This document shows positions 9,615 to 18,102 of a stretch of 35,080 nt of DNA, one piece after another (the first letter of the stretch is position 1; each line of letters begins with the position of its first letter). A program made the position numbers and the translations under genes. This DNA comes from Rickettsiales bacterium (GTDB lineage: Bacteria > Pseudomonadota > Alphaproteobacteria > Rickettsiales > UBA3002), in assembly GCA_044225085.1 (NCBI GenBank), contig JBGAJE010000002.1, forward strand, positions 1 to 35,080, in the 5' to 3' direction. The notes beneath the pieces are model-generated. The model made no database searches, was not told the origin of the DNA, and saw nothing but the letters and a program-made list of their open reading frames with translations.

Positions 9615-9998
9615 ATGGTCACCGGCGTTACTAATTCGGCGATTCGTTACATCGATCAACAAGCGCAGCGTATCGAGCAAAGCAACGCGAAGATCGCGAG
9701 TGGGAAAGTCTACACTCCCAATCCCAACAATATCACCACCTATACCCGTGCAGCGACAACGGATACGGCGGATTTGACCGGGATCACTAACCCGGATGAT
9801 CCGAATAATTTGAGTCCGATCAATGTTTCTTATAACCAGATCGGGCCGACCAGCACCACGACAGAAGAAGGTGGTGACGTGGATGTGGCAGCTGAAGTGG
9901 CAGAGCGTAGCAATGCTAGCACGCTGTTTGCCTTCGGGATTGAGGGTCAGAAAAAATCGAACCAGCTGAAAAAGCATATCGTCGATATTCTGACTTAG
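9615..9998 (+). CDS. hypothetical small protein (orphan)
   Basis: 127-aa ORF with a strong SD (AGGAG 7 nt before the ATG) and a Thr/Asn/Pro-rich centre. No confident family assignment. Confidence 0.5.
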   Translation: MVTGVTNSAIRYIDQQAQRIEQSNAKIASGKVYTPNPNNITTYTRAATTDTADLTGITNPDDPNNLSPINVSYNQIGPTSTTTEEGGDVDVAAEVAERSNASTLFAFGIEGQKKSNQLKKHIVDILT

Positions 9999-10023
9999 CG
10001 TTTAATTACATTTCAACTGACCC

Positions 10024-10646
10024 TTAGCGGCTCGCCATTTGTTGCGGAAGGCGCGTTAGTGGATCGACCGCTTTATCGCCTTCGCGCATAGCGAAATGCA
10101 ATTGCGGCGCTTTTACCCGCCGCTGGTGCCAACGTAACCGATGATTGCGCCTGCTGCAATTTGTTCATCCTTATGAACGCTGACGGTGCGGGCGTGGGAG
10201 TAGGATGTGAGGTCGCCGTTACTGTGGCGGAGGATGACCATATTGCCGAAATCTTTCACGTTGGCGCCGATGAATGCCACCTCGCCTGCGCGCGCCGCGC
10301 GAATGGGTGTGCCTTCCGGCGCGGCGATGGCGATGCCTTCATTGCCTAGGCCGTTTGTTTGGGCACCGAATTTTTGGATCACCATGCCATTCACCGGCCA
10401 TTGCCAGCCGCTATTGCTGGGGCTGATGGGCGCGGCGGCCATTTGCGTTGGTGGTGGTAAGTTGCTGGATGTGACGCTTGTGACTTCGGCCGCTTGAACG
10501 GTGGGGCCGCTATCCGCTGCCACGATGCCGTTACGGCTATAGAAATTATGGCTACGGTCATCGAGCACGGCCAATTGATCTTGTCCACAGCTTGCGAGTA
10601 GGACAGTCGTGATGATCATGAGCGCGGCAACAGCGGACAGGCGCAT
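10024..10646 (-). pseudogene. nlpD: NlpD-like lipoprotein with degenerate LytM (M23) domain, frameshifted near its 3' end
   Basis: Lipobox LLASC. The LytM core NEGIAIAAPEGTPI lacks the catalytic H and D, as in E. coli NlpD. The ORF stops after GYVGTSGG (10113). The conserved continuation VKAPQLHFAMREGDKAVDPLTRLPQQMASR* is in another frame (10116 down to 10024). Confidence 0.7.
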
Positions 10647-10909
10647 GGAATAACTCCGTTGAGTATACGAATGTTGGGGTTTCCCCCAACCACAGCGCGC
10701 CGACGCGACTTAGGGCTGATAGCACCCTTTTATGTTTGTTCTGTGAGGCTTTTTTGGTTTGCCGCCTCATCTTGATTACGAATAACACACAGGTTTTCTG
10801 AACGCAAGGCTAAGAATATTAATGCAGACGACAAAATCCGAAATAAGCTTTTTACTGTAGGAATTACGTCACAGGATTTTTGAACGACTGTATAGGGCGA
10901 TTTCCCTAT

Positions 10910-10984
10910 TTGTCATTCCCGCGAAAGCGGGAATCTTAGAGTGCTTCTGCGGGTGCAAGATTCCCGCTTTCGCGGGAATGACAA
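10910..10984. repeat. palindromic element, family A (copy A1, intergenic pcm/nlpD)
   Basis: TTGTCATTCCCGCGAAAGCGGGAATCTT...AAGATTCCCGCTTTCGCGGGAATGACAA. Each arm is itself a hairpin (ATTCCCGC-N4-GCGGGAAT), and the two arms are inverted copies of each other. Confidence 0.85.
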
Positions 10985-11004
10985 GATCTAACTAAAGAAA
11001 AAAA

Positions 11005-11742
11005 CTAACCCGCTACCAGCGGCACGAACCGCACCGGCGCGAGCGCTTCTTTGCGGACTTCATCTTCCGCCACGCGCGTCAGCTTCAGCAATTGCTGATC
11101 CGCCACATGCGGGCCCACCGGCACAACCATCACCCCACCAATCGTGAGTTGCGCGAGGAGCGTGTGCGGAATCGTATCCGCCGCAGCCGTCACAATGATG
11201 CGTTCATAAGGCGCGGCCAGCGGCCAGCCCTTGCTGCCATCGCCCAAATGCGCGTCGATATTGCGCATTTTTAGCGTTTCAAAGCGGGACTTGGCGAGCT
11301 CAAACAGCGGCCGGTGCCGCTCGATCGTATGCACCCGCCGCGCCAGCTTCGCCAGCACCGCCGCCTGGTAGCCCGAGCCGGTGCCAATCTCCAACACACA
11401 ATGCCGCGGCTGCACATCCAGCGCCTGCGTCATCATTGCCACCACGGAGGGCATGCTGATCGTCTGCTCCATTGCAATCGGCAGCGCATTATCGTCATAG
11501 GCCCGGTCATGAAACTGCTCCTCCACAAACGCCTCGCGCGGCACCTGCTCCATCGCCCCCAGCACGCGCGTATCGGTGACACCCGCCTTGCGCAACGACA
11601 TCAACAGCCGAATTTTTTGGGAAGCAAGCCAGTCATCCTGCGTATTGGCCAGCGCCGGGTGAACCCCCGCAATCGGCTGCGCCACAGGCTTCGCAGCCCC
11701 CCTCTTATGCGCCGACGCCATCATGCCATGCCTCCCCTGCAA
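11005..11742 (-). CDS. pcm: protein-L-isoaspartate O-methyltransferase
   Basis: VPREAFV, ISMPSVVAMM and VLEIGTGSGYQAAVLA (SAM motif) are present. The start is uncertain (M1, M7 or M8), and the N-terminal extension is about 40 aa. Confidence 0.9.
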   Translation of the reverse strand: MQGRHGMMASAHKRGAAKPVAQPIAGVHPALANTQDDWLASQKIRLLMSLRKAGVTDTRVLGAMEQVPREAFVEEQFHDRAYDDNALPIAMEQTISMPSVVAMMTQALDVQPRHCVLEIGTGSGYQAAVLAKLARRVHTIERHRPLFELAKSRFETLKMRNIDAHLGDGSKGWPLAAPYERIIVTAAADTIPHTLLAQLTIGGVMVVPVGPHVADQQLLKLTRVAEDEVRKEALAPVRFVPLVAG

Positions 11743-11873
11743 AACTTAGGGAAAGGAAACCATAGGTTTGGCCCAGCGGCAGTAAAAAACGCCGAAAAAG
11801 GGAGTTTTAGAGGCAAATCGTCACACGGCTGTAACAAACTTCCTTTAGTATAAACTTAAATTGATGAGGTTTT

Positions 11874-12506
11874 ATGTCAACCGATGATGAACGCGAAAAT
11901 CCGCCACCACCTGAAGAATTAGGCGTCATGGATTTAGATTCCCCATGGGGCATATTTAGAATGCATGGCAGGGAAGAAATAGTACGATTTATGGGGGAAG
12001 CCGGCATTCAAGCCAAAATGGCAATACCTTGCACTAGTCTGGACGATCTTTTGCTAGCAGTGCCCGCAGGCATAAACCTTAATGATAACTTTATAATAGC
12101 TTATGGATTTAATAAATTGCAGGAACGTCTTCAAGCACAACCACTATTCAATCGTCAGCTTGCTATCAAAGAACTTGCCGGTTCGCTTTTCGACATTGTG
12201 GAACAGATAAATGAAATAAATACAGGCACAAGAAAGCTTCCATCCTTTGAAGCAAATAAACACATGCTGCCAGCAGAAAAACGAAAACTGGACCTGATAA
12301 CTATGCCGCCAGTCTTTATATCCGCACACGCCCGACATGACCACAAAGCCGGCGCCGAGCTTTATAAACCAATCGCTGAAAAATTTCTCGATAGCCTCGA
12401 CCAATACCTAGCTAACCTCGTTCCTCAGAAAGAACAACAAACAAGTATGGTCGAAAAATACGCAGTTCGCACCGGCCCTGGACAAGGGCCATATTGCCCC
12501 GGCTAG
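11874..12506 (+). CDS. hypothetical protein (orphan) on the opposite strand between surE and pcm
   Basis: 210-aa ORF, AT-richer, with GAGG 5 nt before the ATG. No recognisable motifs. Confidence 0.55.
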   Translation: MSTDDERENPPPPEELGVMDLDSPWGIFRMHGREEIVRFMGEAGIQAKMAIPCTSLDDLLLAVPAGINLNDNFIIAYGFNKLQERLQAQPLFNRQLAIKELAGSLFDIVEQINEINTGTRKLPSFEANKHMLPAEKRKLDLITMPPVFISAHARHDHKAGAELYKPIAEKFLDSLDQYLANLVPQKEQQTSMVEKYAVRTGPGQGPYCPG

Positions 12507-12510
12507 CACA

Positions 12511-13284
12511 TCACTTCACCACCGCCCGCAACTGCTTCAACACCGCGTAATTCGTCATATCCATATTAATCGGCGTCACGGTAATCCACCCCTCTTTAAT
12601 CTTCATATAATCCGCATCCGGCTGCTCGGTGAAGGGCTCCGTCCGCTGCCCGCCGATCCAGATATAGGGGCGCCCATGCGGGTCCACTCGGCGATGCAGA
12701 TTATCATCCAGCTTCCGCCGCCCCTGCGGGCAGGCAGCACGCCCCTTCACCAGCTCCACCGGCAGCGCCGGGAAGTTCACATTCATAAACGTATCATGCG
12801 GCCAATCAATCGCCGTCAAATCCCGAATAATCCCCGCCGCGAACTGCTCCGGCACATCCCAGCTAATGCCCTCATTCGTCAGCACGTTGGAAAACGCGAT
12901 GGCCGGAATCTCCAGCAACGTCGCCTCCATCGCCGCTGCGATCGTGCCGGAATACGTCACATCCTCCGCCAGATTGCTCCCGCGATTCACGCCCGATAAC
13001 ATCAACCCCGGCCGCTTATCCTTCAGCATTTCCATCACACCCACCAGCACCGCATCCGTCGGCGTGCCCATCACCGCGAACCGGCGCTCACTCACCTGCC
13101 GATACCGCAGCGGCGCATGCAGCGACAACGAATGCCCCGCCCCGCTTTGCTCCTTATCAGGCGCCACGACCCACACATCGTCCGACAACGTCCGCGCAAT
13201 GCGCTCCAGCACCGCAATGCCCTCAGCCTCAACGCCATCATCGTTACTGATCAGGATACGGGTGTTTTTTAGATTGATTGCCAT
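12511..13284 (-). CDS. surE: 5'/3'-nucleotidase SurE
   Basis: RILISNDDGVEAEGI, GTPTDAV and SGVNRGSNLAEDVTYSGTIAAAMEA match SurE signatures. Confidence 0.95.
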   Translation of the reverse strand: MAINLKNTRILISNDDGVEAEGIAVLERIARTLSDDVWVVAPDKEQSGAGHSLSLHAPLRYRQVSERRFAVMGTPTDAVLVGVMEMLKDKRPGLMLSGVNRGSNLAEDVTYSGTIAAAMEATLLEIPAIAFSNVLTNEGISWDVPEQFAAGIIRDLTAIDWPHDTFMNVNFPALPVELVKGRAACPQGRRKLDDNLHRRVDPHGRPYIWIGGQRTEPFTEQPDADYMKIKEGWITVTPINMDMTNYAVLKQLRAVVK

Positions 13285-13439
13285 TTACCTCTCCCATCGG
13301 GAGAGGTCTAAATTCGCCTTCGAATTTAGGTTGAGGGCCACACCGCTCAATCCCCCATCAGCGCAAAATAAAAGACACGCACAAGCCCTCACCCGAAATC
13401 GTAAAGAACGATTTCGACCTCTCCCGATGGGAGAGGTAA
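13285..13439. repeat. palindromic element, family B (copy B1, serS-surE spacer)
   Basis: Terminal hairpins TTACCTCTCCCATCGGGAGAGGTC / GACCTCTCCCGATGGGAGAGGTAA. Inner hairpins AAATTCGCCTTCGAATTT and CGAAATCG-N7-CGATTTCG. GTTGAGGGCC pairs with GCCCTCACC. Confidence 0.85.
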
Positions 13440-13453
13440 CGCGGCGCACTTCG

Positions 13454-14815
13454 TTATGCATGATTGCCACCAATCACCGTCATCCCACCCATATAAGGCA
13501 CCAGCGCGTCCGGAACTTTCACCGACCCATCCGCCTGCTGGTAATTCTCCAAAATCGCCACCAGCGTGCGCCCCACTGCGAGGCCAGAGCCATTCAGCGT
13601 ATGCACAAACCGCGTCTCCTTCTCGCCGGAGCGATAGCGCGCCTTCATCCGACGTGCTTGGAAATCACCGCAGTTGCTGCAGCTCGAAATCTCGCGGAAC
13701 GTATCCTGCGCTGGCAGCCACACTTCGATGTCAAACGTCTTGCGCGCCGAAAACCCAGTATCCCCCGCACAAAGCAGCATCACCCGGTAATGCAGGCCGA
13801 GGCGCTTGAGCACCTCCTCCGCACAGCCCAACATCCGCTCATGCTCCGCCTCCGATTGCTCCGGCGTGGTGATACTCACCAGTTCCACCTTCGAAAACTG
13901 GTGCTGCCGAATCATCCCCCTTGTATCCCGCCCCGCCGAGCCCGCCTCAGAACGGAAACACGGCGTCCACGCCGTCATCCGCCGCGGTAGCTGCGCAGCA
14001 TCTAAAATTTCATTCGCGGCTAAATTCGTGAGCGACACTTCGGAGGTCGGAATCAATCCAAACCTGCTAGTTTTGAATCCTTGCTTCTCTTCTTCAAATC
14101 TCTGCTGAAACCATTTCATTCCTTCGGATGGACTTAACTTTAAAGCTTCTCTCCATTCCATATTATTAGTGAAGAAGAGATCTCCTTCAAACTTCGGCAA
14201 CTGCCCCGTGCCGAACAACGCCGCATCTTTTACCAGATACGGCACCTGGTGCTCGGTATACCCAAACTCGCCGGTATGAATATCGAGCATAAAACTCGCC
14301 AGCGCCCGCTCCAGCTTGGCGAGCGCCCCGCGCAACACCACAAACCGCGCACCGGAAAGTTTGGCGGCGGCCTCAAAATCCATCAGCCCCAGCCCTTCGC
14401 CAATCGCGACATGGTCCTTCGGCGACGCAATCGCAGGCTTGCTGCCCACCACGCGCAACTCCACATTGCCCGATTCATCCGCCCCATTCGGCACATCATC
14501 CGCGAGGATATTCGGAATGCTCGCCAGCGCCGCGTCAAACGCACCGCCCTCACCGCTTTCCAGTGCTGCGATTTGCTCCTTTAGTGCTTTGCCCTCAGCG
14601 AGCAGCGGCGCGATGTCGCGCCCTTCCTTCTTCGCTGCTGGAATACCCTTCGCGATCTCATTCGCACGCGCCTGCAGCGCTTGCACCTGTGTTTTCCCGC
14701 CACGATCTTCCGCGTCGAGCTTTTGCAGCGCCTCCACATCCACCGCATAATTCCGCCGCGCCATCGCCGCCTTGAATGCATCCGGGTTTTTGCGAATCAG
14801 TTCTTTGTCGTGCAT
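13454..14815 (-). CDS. serS: serine--tRNA ligase (with ~30-aa in-frame insertion)
   Basis: [50 protein letters not shown] and [16 protein letters not shown] are class II SerRS motifs. Confidence 0.95.
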   Translation of the reverse strand: MHDKELIRKNPDAFKAAMARRNYAVDVEALQKLDAEDRGGKTQVQALQARANEIAKGIPAAKKEGRDIAPLLAEGKALKEQIAALESGEGGAFDAALASIPNILADDVPNGADESGNVELRVVGSKPAIASPKDHVAIGEGLGLMDFEAAAKLSGARFVVLRGALAKLERALASFMLDIHTGEFGYTEHQVPYLVKDAALFGTGQLPKFEGDLFFTNNMEWREALKLSPSEGMKWFQQRFEEEKQGFKTSRFGLIPTSEVSLTNLAANEILDAAQLPRRMTAWTPCFRSEAGSAGRDTRGMIRQHQFSKVELVSITTPEQSEAEHERMLGCAEEVLKRLGLHYRVMLLCAGDTGFSARKTFDIEVWLPAQDTFREISSCSNCGDFQARRMKARYRSGEKETRFVHTLNGSGLAVGRTLVAILENYQQADGSVKVPDALVPYMGGMTVIGGNHA

Positions 14816-14826
14816 GGTATCTTCCT

Positions 14827-15606
14827 TTATTCAGCCATCTCAGCGGGGATAATGAATGCGTCCGCACTGGCGCGGCGGCGCTCGATTAATCGGCCAACCA
14901 CAATAGAAACCTCATAAAGCGCATAAAGCGGAATGAAAAGCAGGACTTGGCTCAAGATATCCGGCGGGGTGATAAATGCCGCGATGGTGAGCAAAATCAC
15001 CACAGCGTAACGGCGGCCCTTTGCAAGCGTTTGCGCCTTTAAAAAGCCGACGCGAATGAGCAGCGTGAGCAAAATCGGCAATTGAAACGCGAGGCCGAAC
15101 GCGAGGATGATATGCATCACAAGGCCGAGATACTCACTCACCTTCGCTTCAATCGTCAGCGGCAACCCACCTTGTTCTGCGGGAATTTCAAACGAGATAA
15201 AAAACGCCCAAGCTTTCGGCAATATCAGGTAATAGGCCATCGCCGCGCCGATAAAAAACAGAGCCGGCGCGCAGACGAGATACAGCGCCAGCACCCAGCG
15301 TTCGCTTGAACACCCCGGTGCCACGAACAAATACACCTCCGTCGCGATATACGGAAACGCCACAAAAAAGCCGCCATAGATAGCGAGCTTGATATAGGTC
15401 ACAAATGTTTCGGTGAGGTTGGTCGCGATCAGCCGATGTTCATTATCGCCAAACGCTTGCGCCAGCGGGTGCAGCAGAAACTGATAAATATCTGCCGCAA
15501 AAAAATAGCATAGGCCGGTGGCGACAAGCCACACAGCGACGCTGCGCATCACCCGGCCGCGTAGCTCGATGAGGTGGGAAATCAGCGGGGTTTCTTGGTC
15601 AGTCAT
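14827..15606 (-). CDS. tatC: twin-arginine translocase subunit TatC
   Basis: Start taken at [18 protein letters not shown], overlapping the tatB stop by 8 nt. Six TM segments are typical of TatC. Confidence 0.95.
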   Translation of the reverse strand: MTDQETPLISHLIELRGRVMRSVAVWLVATGLCYFFAADIYQFLLHPLAQAFGDNEHRLIATNLTETFVTYIKLAIYGGFFVAFPYIATEVYLFVAPGCSSERWVLALYLVCAPALFFIGAAMAYYLILPKAWAFFISFEIPAEQGGLPLTIEAKVSEYLGLVMHIILAFGLAFQLPILLTLLIRVGFLKAQTLAKGRRYAVVILLTIAAFITPPDILSQVLLFIPLYALYEVSIVVGRLIERRRASADAFIIPAEMAE

Positions 15607-15904
15607 GGGGGAGATTCCCATTCTCCGGCTTCACCGCACTAAGCGTTTCCAGCTCCCGCACGTCATAGGCCTTTTGCGGGTTGCCATCCATATCGATAAT
15701 GGTGGTCATGTTTTGGCGCAGGTCGTCCATCCCCGCCTCTTCCATCACCTGATGCATTTGCGATTTGAGGCCCGCATACACCCCACGAATCTCACGCAAA
15801 AAGCCCATCACGTGTCGCACCACCACGGGCAAATCCTTCGGCTTGATGAGCACGATTCCTGCCACCGCGATCAGCGCTATTTCTGAAAGTCCGATATCGA
15901 GCAT
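15599..15904 (-). CDS. tatB: twin-arginine translocase subunit TatB
   Basis: Start taken at MLDIGLSEIALIAVAGIVLIKPKDLPVV (ATG 15904). This is a TatA/B-type N-terminal TM segment followed by an amphipathic helix. Confidence 0.8.
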   Translation of the reverse strand: MLDIGLSEIALIAVAGIVLIKPKDLPVVVRHVMGFLREIRGVYAGLKSQMHQVMEEAGMDDLRQNMTTIIDMDGNPQKAYDVRELETLSAVKPENGNLPHD

Positions 15905-15911
15905 GCATCCC

Positions 15912-16007
15912 TCGTCATTCCCCGAATTTACAAAGTAAATTCTAGGGGAATCCATCACTGCCGCGTCCCATGGATCACCCGAATCGCTGCGCGATTCGGG
16001 TGATGAC
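15912..16007. repeat. palindromic element related to family A (copy A4, tatA-tatB spacer)
   Basis: Termini CGTCATTCCCCGAAT / ATTCGGGTGATGACG. Internal hairpins ATTCCCC-N21-GGGGAAT (15917-15951) and ATCACCCGAATCGC-TGC-GCGATTCGGGTGAT (15974-16004, 14-bp perfect stem). Confidence 0.6.
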
Positions 16008-16013
16008 GGCGTT

Positions 16014-16190
16014 CTACTTCTTCTCTTCCGGCGGCAGCACTTGCTGTTTGCCGTTTTTTTCGTCGCCGTTGAGCTCATCGCGCAGGTTTTTGATGCCTTT
16101 GCCGATATCGCCCATCACGCGCGGCAGCTTGCCCGCGCCAAAAAGAATGACCACCACGAGCAGCACCAAAACCAAATGCATAATCTGCAT
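16014..16190 (-). CDS. tatA: twin-arginine translocase subunit TatA
   Basis: 58-aa ORF below the track threshold: MQIMHLVLVLLVVVILFGAGKLPRVMGDIGKGIKNLRDEL... GAGGA lies upstream. Confidence 0.85.
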   Translation of the reverse strand: MQIMHLVLVLLVVVILFGAGKLPRVMGDIGKGIKNLRDELNGDEKNGKQQVLPPEEKK

Positions 16191-16231
16191 AAATCCTCAC
16201 AAAATTCGTTGCTGTAGGCTTAGCACAGGCC

Positions 16232-17251
16232 TTAGGCCGCCGCAAGGAGCTGTTGCCATTCCGCCAGTAAAACCGCGTCGTCGCTAGGCAAAACGGCGGG
16301 GAGTGAGCGGTGCACCCGCTCCGCCCGTGCTAATGCTGCGCCCTCAAGCGGCGTGCTAGCAGCCGCAACCTCACGGATTTCCCCCATTAAATCGCGCACC
16401 GGCTCGCCAATCAATGCGCCATTACCGTGGAGCACTAGGTCGCACCCAGCCGCCAGCGAGCGCTCCGTGCGCTCCCCAAACGAGCCGCCGAGGGCTTTCA
16501 TGGAGAGGTCATCGCTCATCAGCAGCCCATCGAACCCGATTTTCTCCCGAATATAACCAATCACAATCGGCGAAAACGTCGCGACGGTAGTGGCATCGAG
16601 CGCCTTATACAAAATATGCGCCGTCATCGCGAGTGGCAGATCGTTCAGCGCGCGGAAGGGCATGAAATCGCTCGCTTCCAGCTCCGCCAGCGATGCTGAT
16701 ACCACCGGCAACGTCTCATGCGAATCCGCCGTCGCACGGCCGTGGCCGGGAATGTGCTTGAGGATCGAGAGAATCCCCCCATCCCGCAACCCATTCGCCT
16801 GGGCCCGAGCAAGCTTCGTAACAACTTCCGCCGTATCCCCAAACGCGCGATTGCCGATGATCGCGTGGCACTCCGGCGCCAGCACATCGGCCAGCGGTGC
16901 ACAATCGGTGGTAATGCCACCCGCGCGTAATTCCGCCGCCATCAATCGCGCACTCACATACACTGCGCGTTCCGCGTCCGCTTGCGCCGCCAGCTCCAAC
17001 GCCGGCGGATATTTCCGCCAATGCGGCGGCTTGAGGCGCGCCACTCGCCCACCTTCCTGATCCACGAGAATGGATGCATATGGATGATCCAGCGCCAATT
17101 TAATCTCCGCCGAAAGCGCCGCGAGTTGCGCCGGGCTTTCCACATTCCGCGCGAAGAGAATCACGCCGTACGGTCGCTCTTTAGCCAAGAATGCACGCTC
17201 CTCGGAGGTAAGCACCGTTCCGCTGACGCCGCAGATGAAGGATTTAATCAC
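16232..17251 (-). CDS. nagZ: beta-N-acetylhexosaminidase (GH3)
   Basis: Start taken at GTG 17251, directly after the SPOR gene stop. VDQEGGRVARL, KHIPGHGRA and GLLMSDDLSM motifs are present. Confidence 0.9.
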   Translation of the reverse strand: MIKSFICGVSGTVLTSEERAFLAKERPYGVILFARNVESPAQLAALSAEIKLALDHPYASILVDQEGGRVARLKPPHWRKYPPALELAAQADAERAVYVSARLMAAELRAGGITTDCAPLADVLAPECHAIIGNRAFGDTAEVVTKLARAQANGLRDGGILSILKHIPGHGRATADSHETLPVVSASLAELEASDFMPFRALNDLPLAMTAHILYKALDATTVATFSPIVIGYIREKIGFDGLLMSDDLSMKALGGSFGERTERSLAAGCDLVLHGNGALIGEPVRDLMGEIREVAAASTPLEGAALARAERVHRSLPAVLPSDDAVLLAEWQQLLAAA

Positions 17252-17253
17252 GC

Positions 17254-18102
17254 TTACTTCCCAGCCGGGATACACGCCTGTTTTGCCGCTGCCAACTTCG
17301 CGCATGCTGCTTTCGCCGCATCTGCCGAGGCAAATCCGCTGGCGCGCAAGCGATAAAGCGTGGTGCCGTTGGATTCCACCGGAATGATGATCGGCGAGCC
17401 TTTGATCGTATCACCAAATTTCGCGGTGATTTTCTTCCACGTCGCTTGTGCTTCCTCTTCCGATTTCAGTGCGCCTAGTTGGACTTTGTAATCTCCACTC
17501 GCTGCTGCGGGTTTAGCTGCGGGTGCGACCGGTTTGGCTGCAGCCACGGGCTTCGCTGTCGTTACCGGTTTGGTTTCCTTGGCGGTGGCAACGGGGACTT
17601 CCTTCACCTCCGTTGGGGCTGGTTTGGCAGCGGGTTTCTCATTGATCATGGCGGGGGCGGATACGCTTGGTTTTGCCGTCTCAGCGGTGGCGGTATCTGT
17701 TGGTTTTACATACGTCGTGGTTGGTGGCGGTGCGGAAGCACTATCCTCGTCGCCCGCATCTTCTGCACTCATGGCAGCGTTGGCCTTTTCGGGCTCGGGC
17801 AGCAATTTCTCAACTTTCTGCTCGCCGGTGCTGGGGGCGATCACGTCGTAAATGGTTTTATCCTTATTAGGGAATTTTTCGCCTTCGGGATCGGCGGGGG
17901 CTTGCTTGATGGGGGAATTATCCGCCTGCACAACGAGCATGTCGCCCTCGCTCGCCGATTGGGTGCTGGAGCGATAGGCATAATGGGCGAGTGCGGCAAA
18001 ACCCGTGATGGCAACTACCAGCACCATCCACGACATGGCGCGCGAACGCGGCGCTTCCGATGGGTCAGCAATATCGTCAAAATCATCTAGATCAGGTCTC
18101 AT
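17254..18102 (-). CDS. SPOR domain membrane protein
   Basis: ATG 18102 overlaps the argS TGA (ATGA). One TM segment (WMVLVVAITGFAALA), an Ala/Pro/Lys/Thr-rich linker, and a C-terminal SPOR domain (YKVQLGALKSEEEAQATW...YRLRASGF). Confidence 0.8.
   Translation of the reverse strand: MRPDLDDFDDIADPSEAPRSRAMSWMVLVVAITGFAALAHYAYRSSTQSASEGDMLVVQADNSPIKQAPADPEGEKFPNKDKTIYDVIAPSTGEQKVEKLLPEPEKANAAMSAEDAGDEDSASAPPPTTTYVKPTDTATAETAKPSVSAPAMINEKPAAKPAPTEVKEVPVATAKETKPVTTAKPVAAAKPVAPAAKPAAASGDYKVQLGALKSEEEAQATWKKITAKFGDTIKGSPIIIPVESNGTTLYRLRASGFASADAAKAACAKLAAAKQACIPAGK

Noticed and set aside
10673-10690. Hairpin GTTGGGG-TTTC-CCCCAAC upstream of nlpD as a possible terminator
   Set aside because: There is no U-tract on either strand, and it lies more than 300 nt from the pcm stop. 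It is more likely a 5'-UTR structure or chance, and it is too weak to call.
11825-11853. Motif CAAACTT-N7-TATAAA upstream of orphan 11874 resembling CAAACTT-N6-TATAAA upstream of orphan 32715
   Set aside because: Only about 13 shared bases with variable spacing. I cannot distinguish this from chance in AT-rich spacers without a genome-wide search.
12866-13990. 374-aa ORF on the plus strand spanning surE, the B1 repeat and serS
   Set aside because: It is antisense to two well-supported genes. Its translation is Arg/Pro/His-rich and low-complexity, typical of shadow ORFs in GC-rich coding DNA. The same applies to 26801..27766, 31041..31856, 11314..11853, 17479..18090, 16590..17060 and 171..578.
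14085-14179. Treating the serS insertion as a bona fide MITE because of its 11-bp inverted repeat
   Set aside because: One repeat arm encodes the conserved DLFF residues, and both arms are purine-rich GAAGAAGAG-type sequence. The repeat may be fortuitous. The compositional and length anomaly is kept as a finding, but not the MITE call.
15974-16004. The 14-bp perfect hairpin between tatA and tatB as a simple intrinsic terminator
   Set aside because: It is not followed by a U-run on the coding strand. It is better explained as one module of the palindromic element spanning 15912-16007.
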